NCBI RefSeq assembly: GCF_009914755.1
Contig: NC_060939.1
DNA from: the human T2T-CHM13v2.0 reference genome, Homo sapiens
DNA: 64,000 bases
Direction: 5' to 3' (one strand)
Below are positions 13,935 to 25,100 of this stretch, piece by piece. A program made the position numbers and the translations under genes. The notes below the pieces were generated by a model. The model searched no databases, had not been told where the DNA came from, and worked only from the letters and a program-made list of their open reading frames with translations. Position 1 is the first letter of the stretch, and each line of letters opens with the position of its first letter.

Positions 13935-15631
13935 ACTCCAGTCCATTCCATTCGAATCCATTTCACTCCAGTCCATTCCATTCGAATCCGTTTCACTCCA
14001 GTCCATTAAATTCGAGTACATTCCATTCCATTCTATTCAATGCCATTCCATTCGATTCTATTCCATTCGACACCATTCCTTTCCATTCCGTTCCATCCGA
14101 TTCCTTTCCATTGCATTCCATTCGTTTCCATTCCATTCGAATTCATTCCACTCAAGTCCATTCCATTCGAGTCCATTCCATTCGATATCATTCCATACTA
14201 TTGCATTCCATTCGATTCCATTGTTTTCGAATAAATTCCAACCGAGACCATTCCTTTTGTGTCCTTTCTATTTGACTGCATTCCATTTGAGTCCATTAAA
14301 TTTCTGCACATTCCATTCCTTTCCATTCCATTCCATTCCATTCCTTTCGGTGCCATTCCATTCCACTCTACTCCATTCAAGTCCATTCCATTTGAGTCCA
14401 TTCCATTGATTCGATGCCATTACATTCAATTCTATTCCATTCGAATCCATTCCATTCCATTTCCTTCCAAACGATTCCATTCCATTCTATTACTTTCTAT
14501 TCCAATCCATTCCATTCCGTTCCATTCGTTTCCAATCCATTCGAGTCCACTCCATTCCAGTCCATTCCATTCGATTCCATTCCATTCCAGTCCATTCCAT
14601 TCAAGTCCATTCCACGGCATTCCATTCCATTCGATATATTTTGATAACACCCCATTCCATTCTGCTCCTTACAATTCAATTCAATTCCAGTCCAGTTGAT
14701 TCCATTCCATTTGATTACATTCCATTCGACTCCATTCCATTCGACTCTATTCCATTCGAGTACATTCCATTCCATTCCATTGCATTCCGTTCGAATCCCT
14801 ATTCCATTCCATTTTGTTACTGTCCATTCCATTTGAGTCCATTCCATGCCAAACCATTCCATTCGATTCCATTCCAATAGATTCCATTGCACTCGAATCC
14901 AGTGCGTTCCATTCCATTGCTTTCCATTCTATTACATTCCATTGCATTACATTCCATTCCATTTGATTGCATTCCATTCAATTCCATTAATTTCGAATCA
15001 ATTACATTGCAATCCATTGCATTAGAGTTCTATTCCAGTCCATTGCATTCTGGCGCATTCCGTTCCATTCCATTCCATTCGATTCCGTTCCATTCGAATC
15101 GATTGCATTGCAATGCTTTACATTTGAGTCCGTTTTATTCCAGTCCAATCCATTCCGGTCCATTCCGTTCGATTCCATTCCATTCGATGCCACTCCGTAC
15201 TATTGTATTTCATTCGATTCCATTCTATTCAAATAAATTCCATTCGAGACCATTCCTTTCATGTCCATTCTATTTGAGTCCATTCCATTCGAGTCCATTA
15301 TATTTGGGTCCATTCCATTCAATTCCATTGCAATCGATTCCATTCGATGTCACTCCATTCATTTCTATTCCATTAGAGTCCATGTCATTCGAGTCCATTC
15401 CATTCTATTCTATTCCACTCCATTCCATTCCACTCCATTCCATTCGTTGCCGTTCCATTCAATTCTATTATATTCCACTCCATTTAATTCCATTCCATTC
15501 CATTCCATTCTATTCCATTCTATCCAATTCCGTTCCATTCTATTCCTTTAAAGTCCATTCCATTCCATTCCATTCGTTTCCATTCCATTCGAGTAAAGTC
15601 CAATCCAGTCCTTTCCATTCGAGTCCATTCC
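13935..15631 (+). repeat. First copy of the 1697-bp extra module present in 3.47-kb units and absent from 1.8-kb monomers
   Basis: TCCTTTCCATTCGAGTCCATTCC occurs at 13912-13934 and again at 15609-15631. Joining the two copies reproduces the 1.8-kb monomer junction seen at ~1356-1410 (cactcgtttcctttccattcgagtccattcctctccagtccattccgttcaatcc). Confidence 0.88.
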
Positions 15632-16774
15632 TCTCCAGTCCATTCCGTTCAATCCATTCCATTCCAGTCCATTCCATTCCAGTCCGTTCCATTCCAGTCC
15701 ATTCCATTCGAGTCAATTCCATTCCATTCGATATCTTTCCATAACGATCCATTCCATTCTATTCCTTTCGATTCCATTCAATTCCATTCCATTCTATTTC
15801 ATTCCATTCGATTCCCGTCCATTGGACTCCTTTCCATTCGAGTGCATTCCATTGCGTTCCATTTCTTTCTGTTCTGTATGATTCCTACCGTTCGATTTCA
15901 TTTTGTTCCAGTCTATTCCTTTCACATCCATTCCATTCCATTTCACTCCATTCGATTCCATTCCACTCGATTCCCCTCCGTTCCATTTCATTGCATTCCA
16001 TTCTATTCAATTCTATTGCATTCCATTCCATTCCATTTGATTACATTCCATGCGATTCCATTCGAATTCGAATCAATTACATTGAAATCCATTACTATTG
16101 AGTCCGTTTTACTCCAGTCCACTCCATTCTGCTCCATTCCATTTGATTCCATTCCATTCTATTCCATTCCATACAGTTGCATTCCATTGGAGTCCATTCT
16201 ATATCTATAAATGCAACTCGAGACCATTGCTTTTGAGTCCATTCTATATGATTCCATTCCATTCAAGTCCATTACATTTGGTTCAATTCCATTCCATTCC
16301 ATTCCCTTCCATTCCATTCCATTTGATATCAATCCATTCGATTCCATTCCATTCGAGCACATTCCAATCGAGTCCATTCCATTCGATGCCATTCCATTTG
16401 ATTCTATTCCATTAGACTCCATTCAATTCCATTAATCTCCATTCCATTCCATTCTACTCCAACTGATTCCATTCCATTCTATTCCTTTCCATTCCATTCC
16501 ATTCCATTCGCTTCCATTCCATTCGTTTCCATTCCACTCCAGTCCATTCCATTCGTGTCCATTCCATTCCAGTCCATTCCATTTGTGTCCACTGCATTCC
16601 ATTCCACTCCATTCCATATTATTCCATTACACTCCATTCCATTCTATTACTTTCATTTCCATTCAGTTCCATTCCATTTGATTCCATTCCACTCGGTTTC
16701 ACTCCATTTGAGTCCATTCCATTCCATTCCATTCCATTCTGTTCCATTCCATTCCATTCCATTCCATTCCATTC

Positions 16775-19700
16775 GGTACCATTCCATATTGTTCCATTCG
16801 ATTCCATTCGAATCCATTCCATTCCAGTCCATTCCATTCGATTCCATTCCATTCCTTTCAATTCCATTCCATTCCATTCGATTCCACTTGATTCCACTCC
16901 ATTCCCTTCCACTGCATTCCATTCGATTCCATTCCATTGCATTGCATTCCATTCCATTGGATTGCATTCCATTCGATTCCATTCCATTCGAATCAATTAC
17001 ATAGCAATCCATTACATTCGAGTCTGTTCTATTCCGTTGCACTCGATTTCGTTCCAATCCATTCGATTCCATTCCATTCGATTCCATTCCATACTATTGC
17101 ATTCCATTCGATTAAGTTATATTCGAATAAACTCCATTCAAGACCATGTCTGTTGAGTCCATTCTACTTGAGTCCATTCCCTTTGATTCCATAACATTTG
17201 AGTCCATTCAATTCCATTCCTTTCGTTTCCATTCCATTTGATGCCATTCCATTCAATTCTGTTCTACTCGACTCCAATACATTCAATTCCATTCCATCCG
17301 ATTCCATTACATTCTTTTCATTTCTTATCCATTTCAAGCCATTCCATTCCATTCCATTCCACTCGTTTCCTTTCCATTCGAGTCCATTCCACTCCAGTCC
17401 ATTCCATTCGAATCCATTTCACTCCAGTCCATTCCATTCCAATCCGTTTCACTCCAGTCCATTAAATTCGAGTACATTCCATTCCATTCTATTCAATGCC
17501 ATTCCATTCGATTCTATTCCATTCGACACCATTCCTTTCCATTCCGTTCCATCCGATTCCATTCCATTGCATTCCATTCGTTTCCATTCCATTCGAATTC
17601 ATTCCACTCAAGTCCATTCCATTCGAGTCCATTCCATTCGATATCATTCCATACTATTGCATTCCATTCGATTCCATTGTTTTCGAATAAATTCCAACCG
17701 AGACCATTCCTTTTGTGTCCTTTCTATTTGACTGCATTCCATTTGAGTCCATTAAATTTATGCACATTCCATTCCTTTCCATTCCATTCCATTCCATTCC
17801 TTTCGGTGCCATTCCATTCCACTCTACTCCATTCAAGTCCATTCCATTTGAGTCCATTCCATTGATTCGATGCCATTACATTCAATTCTATTCCATTCGA
17901 ATCCATTCCATTCCATTTCCTTCCAAACGATTCCATTCCATTCTATTACTTTCTATTCCAATCCATTCCATTCCGTTCCATTCGTTTCCAATCCATTCGA
18001 GTCCACTCCATTCCAGTCCATTCCATTCGATTCCATTCCATTCCAGTCCATTCCATTCAAGTCCATTCCACGGCATTCCATTCCATTCGATATATTTTGA
18101 TAACACCCCATTCCATTCTGCTCCTTACAATTCAATTCAATTCCAGTCCAGTTGATTCCATTCCATTTGATTACATTCCATTCGACTCCATTCCATTCGA
18201 CTCTATTCCATTCGAGTACATTCCATTCCATTCCATTGCATTCCGTTCGAATCCCTATTCCATTCCATTTTGTTACTGTCCATTCCATTTGAGTCCATTC
18301 CATGCCAAACCATTCCATTCGATTCCATTCCAATAGATTCCATTGCACTCGAATCCAGTGCGTTCCATTCCATTGCTTTCCATTCTATTACATTCCATTG
18401 CATTACATTCCATTCCATTTGATTGCATTCCATTCAATTCCATTAATTTCGAATCAATTACATTGCAATCCATTGCATTAGAGTTCTATTCCAGTCCATT
18501 GCATTCTGGCGCATTCCGTTCCATTCCATTCCATTCGATTCCGTTCCATTCGAATCGATTGCATTGCAATGCTTTACATTCGAGTCCGTTTTATTCCAGT
18601 CCAATCCATTCCGGTCCATTCCGTTCGATTCCATTCCATTCGATGCCACTCCGTACTATTGTATTTCATTCGATTCCATTCTATTCAAATAAATTCCATT
18701 CGAGACCATTCCTTTCATGTCCATTCTATTTGAGTCCATTCCATTCGAGTCCATTATATTTGGGTCCATTCCATTCAATTCCATTGCAATCGATTCCATT
18801 CGATGTCACTCCATTCATTTCTATTCCATTAGAGTCCATGTCATTCGAGTCCATTCCATTCTATTCTATTCCACTCCATTCCATTCCATTCCACTCCATT
18901 CCATTCGTTGCCGTTCCATTCAATTCTATTATATTCCACTCCATTTAATTCCATTCCATTCCATTCCATTCTATTCCATTCTATCCAATTCCGTTCCATT
19001 CTATTCCTTTAAAGTCCATTCCATTCCATTCCATTCGTTTCCATTCCATTCGAGTAAAGTCCACTCCAGTACTTTCCATTCGAGTCCATTCCTCTCCAGT
19101 CCATTCCGTTCAATCCATTCCATTCCAGTCCATTCCATTCGAGTCCGTTCCATTCCAGTCCATTCCATTCGAGTCAATTCCATTCCATTCGATATCTTTC
19201 CATAACGATCCATTCCAATCTATACCTTTCGATTCCATTCAATTCCATTCCATTCTATTTCATTCCATTCGATTCCCTTCCATTGGACTCCTTTCCATTC
19301 GAGTGCATTCCATTCCGTTCCATTTCTTTCTGTTCTGTATGATTCCTACCGTTCGATTTCATTTTGTTCCAGTCTATTCCTTTCAAGTCCATTCCATTCC
19401 ATTTCACTCCATTCGATTCCATTCCACTCGATTCCACTCCGTTCCATTTCATTGCATTCCATTCTATTCCATTCCATTGCATTCCATTGCATTCCATTCG
19501 TTTCCATTCCATTCGAATTCATTCCACTCAAGTCCATTCCATTCGAGTCCATTCCTTTCGATATCATTCCATACTATTGCATTCCATTCGATTCCATTGT
19601 TTTCGAATAAATTCCAACCGAGACCATTCCTTTTGTGTCCATTCTATTTGACTGCATTCCATTTGAGTCCATTAAATTTCTGCACATTCCATTCCTTTCC

Positions 19701-22140
19701 ATTCCATTCCATTCCATTCCTTTCGGTGCCATTCCATTCCACTCTACTCCATTCAAGTCCATTCCATTTGAGTCCATTCCATTGATTCGATGCCATTACA
19801 TTCAATTCTATTCCATTCGAATCCATTCCATTCCATTTCCTTCCAAACGATTCCATTCCATTCTATTACTTTCTATTCCAATCCATTCCATTCCGTTCCA
19901 TTCGTTTCCATTCCATTCGAGTCCACTCCATTCCAGTCCATTCCATTCGATTCCATTCCATTCCAGTCCATTCCATTCAAGTCCATTCCACTCCATTCCA
20001 TTCCATTCGATATCTTTTGATAACACCCCATTCCATTCTGCTCCTTACAATTCAATTCAATTCCAGTCCATTTCATTCCATTCCATTTGATTACATTCCA
20101 TTCGACTCCATTCCATTCGACTCTATTCCATTCGAGTCCATTCCATTCCATTCCATTGCATTCCTTTCGAATCCCTATTCCATTCCATTTTGTTACTGTC
20201 CATTCCATTTGAGTCCATTCCATGCCAAACCATTCCATTCGATTCCATTCCAATAGATTCCATTGCACTCGAATCCAGTGCGTTCCATTCCATTGCTTTC
20301 CATTCTATTACATTCCATTGCATTACATTCCATTCCATTTGATTGCATTCCATTCAATTCCATTAATTTCGAATCAATTACATTGCAATCCATTGCATTC
20401 GAGTTCTATTCCAGTCCATTGCATTCCGGCGCATTCCGTTCCATTCCATTCCATTCGATTCCGTTCCATTCGAATCGATTGCATTGCAATGCATTACATT
20501 CGAGTCCGTTTTATTCCAGTCCAATCCATTCCGGTCCATTCCGTTCGATTCCATTCCATTCGATGCCACTCCATACTATTGTATTTCATTCGATTCCATT
20601 CTATTCAAATAAATTCCATTCGAGACCATTCCTTTCATGTCCATTCTATTTGAGTCCATTCCATTCGAGTCCATTATATTTGGGTCCATTCCATTCAATT
20701 CCATTGCAATCCATTCCATTCGATGTCACTCCATTCATTTCTATTCCATTAGAATCCATGTCATTCGAGTCCATTCCATTCTATTCTATTCCACTCCATT
20801 CCATTCCATTCCACTCCATTCCATTCGTTGCCGTTCCATTCAATTCTATTATATTCCACTCCATTTAATTCCATTCCATTCCATTCCATTCCATTCTATC
20901 CAATTCCGTTCCATTCTATTCCTTTAAAGTCCATTCCATTCCATTCCATTCGTTTCCATTCCATTCTAGTAAAGTCCACTCCAGTCCTTTCCATTCGAGT
21001 CCATTCCTCTCCAGTCCATTCCGTTCAATCCATTCCATTCCAGTCCATTCCATTCGAGTCCGTTCCATTCCAGTCCATTCCATTCGAGTCAATTCCATTC
21101 CATTCGATATCTTTCCATAACGATCCATTCCATTCTATTCCTTTCGATTCCATTCAATTCCATTCCATTCTATTTCATTCCATTCGATTCCCTTCCATTG
21201 GACTCCTTTCCATTCGAGTGCATTCCATTCCGTTCCATTTCTTTCTGTTCTGTATGATTCCTACCGTTCGATTTCATTTTGTTCCAGTCTATTCCTTTCA
21301 AGTCCATTCCATTCCATTTCACTCCATTCGATTCCATTCCACTCGATTCCACTCGGTTCCATTTCATTGCATTCCATTGTATTCAATTCTATTGCATTCC
21401 ATTCCATTCCATTTGATTACATTCCATCCGATTCCATTCGAATTCCAATCAATTACATTGCAATCCATTACTATTGAGTCCGTTTTATTCCAGTCCACTC
21501 CATTCTGGTCCATTCCATTTGATTCCATTCCATTCTATTCCATTCCGTACAGTTGCATTCCATTGGATTCCATTCTATATCTATAAATGCAACTCGAGAC
21601 CATTGCTTTTGAGTCCATTCTATATGATTCCATTCCATTCAAGTCCATTATATTTGGTTCAATTCCATTCCATTCCATTCCCTTCCATTCCATTCCATTT
21701 GATATCAATCCATTCGATTCCATTCCATTCGAGCACATTCCATTCGAGTCCATTCCATTCGATGCCATTCCATTTCATTCTATTCCATAAGTCTCCATTC
21801 AATTCCATTAATCTCCATTCCATTCCATTCTACTCCAACTGATTCCATTCCATTCTATTCCTTTCCATTACATTCGCTTCTATTCCATTCGTGTCCATTC
21901 CACTCCAGTCCATTCCATTCGTGTGCATTCCATTCCAGTCCATTCCATTTGTGTCCACTGCATTCCATTCCACTCCATTCCATATTATTCCATTACACTC
22001 CATTCCATTCTATTACTTTCATTTCCATTCAGTTCCATTACATTTGATTCCATTCCACTCGGTTTCACTCCATTTGAGTCCATTCCATTCCATTCCATTC
22101 CATTCTGTTCCATTCCATTCCATTCCATTCCATTCCATTC
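16775..22140 (+). repeat. Expanded 5366-bp unit carrying an internal ~1920-bp duplication (junction ~19470)
   Basis: After ...catttcattgcattccattcta (~19465) the sequence re-enters the extra module (attcgtttccattccattcgaattcattccactcaag, ~19497) instead of continuing the core. ORFs 17654/19574, 17870/19790 and 18343/20263 are all offset by 1920. Confidence 0.88.
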
Positions 22141-25100
22141 GGTACCATTCCATATTGTTCCATTCGATTCCATTCGAATCCATTCCATTCCAGTCCATTC
22201 CATTCGATTCCATTCCATTCCTTTCAATTCCATTCCATTCCATTCGATTCCACTTGATTCCACTCCATTCCCTTCCACTGCATTCCATTCGATTCCATTC
22301 CATTGCATTGCATTCCATTCCATTGGATTGCATTCCATTCGATTCCATTCCATTCGAATCAATTACATAGCAATCCATTACATTCGAGTCTGTTCTATTC
22401 CGTTGCACTCGATTTCGTTCCAATCCATTCGATTCCATTCCATTCGATTCCATTCCATACTATTGCATTCCATTCGATTAAATTATATTCGAATAAATTC
22501 CATTCAAGACCATTTCTGTTGAGTCCATTCTACGTGAGTCCATTCCCTTTGATTCCATAACATTTGAGTCCATTCAATTCCATTCCTTTCGTTTCCATTC
22601 CATTTGATGCCATTCCATTCAATTCTGTTCTACTCGACTCCAATACATTCAATTCCATTCCAACCGATTCCATTACATTCTTTTCATTTCTTATCCATTT
22701 CAAGCCATTCCATTCCATTCCATTCCACTCGTTTCCTTTCCATTCGAGTCCATTCCACTCCAGTCCATTCCATTCGAATCCATTTCACTCCAGTCCATTC
22801 CATTCGAATCCGTTTCACTCCAGTCCATTAAATGCGAGTACATTCCATTCCATTCTATTCAATGCCATTCCATTCGATTCTATTCCATTCGACACCATTC
22901 CTTTCCATTCCGTTCCATCCGATTCCATTCCATTGTATTCCATTCAATTCCATTCCATTGCATTCCATTCGTTTCCATTCCATTCGAATTCATTCCACTC
23001 AAGTCCATTCCATTCGAGTCCATTCCATTCGATATCATTCCATACTATTGCATTCCTTTCGATTCCATTGTTTTCGAATAAATTCCAACCGAGACCATTC
23101 CTTTTGTGTCCTTTCTATTTGACTGCATTCCATTTGAGTCCATTAAATTTCTGCACATTCCATTCCTTTCCATTCCATTCCATTCCATTCCTTTCGGTGC
23201 CATTCCATTCCACTCTACTCCACTCAAGTCCATTCCATTTGAGTCCATTCCATTGATTCGATGCCATTACATTCAATTCTATTCCATTCGAATCCATTCC
23301 ATTCCATTTCCTTCCAAACGATTCCATTCCATTCTATTACTTTCTATTCCAATCCATTCCATTCCGTTCCATTCGTTTCCAATCCATTCGAGTCCACTCC
23401 ATTCCAGTCCATTCCATTCGATTCCATTCCATTCCAGTCCATTCCATTCAAGTCCATTCCACGGCATTCCATTCCATTCGATATATTTTGATAACACCCC
23501 ATTCCATTCTGCTCCTTACAATTCAATTCAATTCCAGTCCATTTGATTCCATTCCATTTGATTACATTCCATTCGACTCCATTCCATTCGACTCTATTCC
23601 ATTCGAGTACATTCCATTCCATTCCATTGCATTCCTTTCGAATCCCTATTCCATTCCATTTTGTTACTGTCCATTCCATTTGAGTCCATTCCATGCCAAA
23701 CCATTCCATTCGATTCCATTCCAATAGATTCCATTGCACTCGAATCCAGTGCGTTCCATTCCATTGCTTTCCATTCTATTACATTCCATTGCATTACATT
23801 CCATTCCATTTGATTGCATTCCATTCAATTCCATTAATTTCGAATCAATTACATTGCAATCCATTGCATTCGAGTTCTATTCCAGTCCATTGGATTCTGG
23901 CGCATTCCGTTCCATTCCATTCCATTCGATTCCGTTCCATTCGAATCGATTGCATTGCAATGCTTTACATTCGAGTCCGTTTTATTCCAGTCCAATCCAT
24001 TCCGGTCCATTCCGTTCGATTCCATTCTATTCGATGCCACTCCGTACTATTGTATTTCATTCGATTCCATTCTATTCAAATAAATTCCATTCGAGACCAT
24101 TCCTTTCATGTCCATTCTATTTGAGTCCATTCCATTCGAGTCCATTATATTTGGGTCCATTCCATTCAATTCCATTGCAATCGATTCCATTCGATGTCAC
24201 TCCATTCATTTCTATTCCATTAGAGTCCATGTCATTCGAGTCCATTCCATTCTATTCTATTCCACTCCATTCCATTCCATTCCACTCCATTCCATTCGTT
24301 GCCGTTCCATTCAATTCTATTATATTCCACTCCATTTAATTCCATTCCATTCCATTCCATTCTATTCCATTCTATCCAATTCCGTTCCATTCTATTCCTT
24401 TAAAGTCCATTCCATTCCGTTCCATTCGTTTCCATTCCATTCGAGTAAAGTCCACTCCAGTACTTTCCATTCGAGTCCATTCCTCTCCAGTCCATTCCGT
24501 TCAATCCATTCCATTCCAGTCCATTCCATTCGAGTCCGTTCCATTCCAGTCCATTCCATTCGAGTCAATTCCATTCCATTCGATATCTTTCCATAACGAT
24601 CCATTCCATTCTATTCCTTTCGATTCCATTCAATTCCATTCCATTCTATTTCATTCCATTCGATTCCCGTCCATTGGACTCCTTTCCATTCGAGTGCATT
24701 CCATTCCGTTCCATTTCTTTCTGTTCTGTATGATTCCTACCGTTCGATTTCATTTTGTTCCAGTCTATTCCTTTCACGTCCATTCCATTCCATTTCACTC
24801 CATTCGATTCCATTCCACTCGATTCCCCTCCGTTCCATTTCATTGCATTCCATTCTATTCAATTCTATTGCATTCCATTCCATTCCATTTGATTACATTC
24901 CATGCGATTCCATTCGAATTCGAATCAATTACATTGAAATCCATTACTATTGAGTCCGTTTTACTCCAGTCCACTCCATTCTGCTCCATTCCATTTGATT
25001 CCATTCCATTCTATTCCATTCCGTACAGTTGCATTCCATTGGATTCCATTCTATATCTATAAATGCAACTCGAGACCATTGCTTTTGAGTCCATTCTATA

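Noticed and set aside
13935-15631. Extra module as a mobile element with a target-site duplication
   Set aside because: It is itself CATTC satellite, with no terminal repeats, poly(A) tail or coding capacity. The flanking direct repeat is better explained as recombination homology within a repetitive background.
16060-16073. Canonical heat-shock element or DUX4 site
   Set aside because: The GAA/TTC triplets lack the nGAAnnTTCn inverted spacing, and tgattacattc-type matches deviate from the DUX4 consensus. Neither is supportable as a regulatory call.
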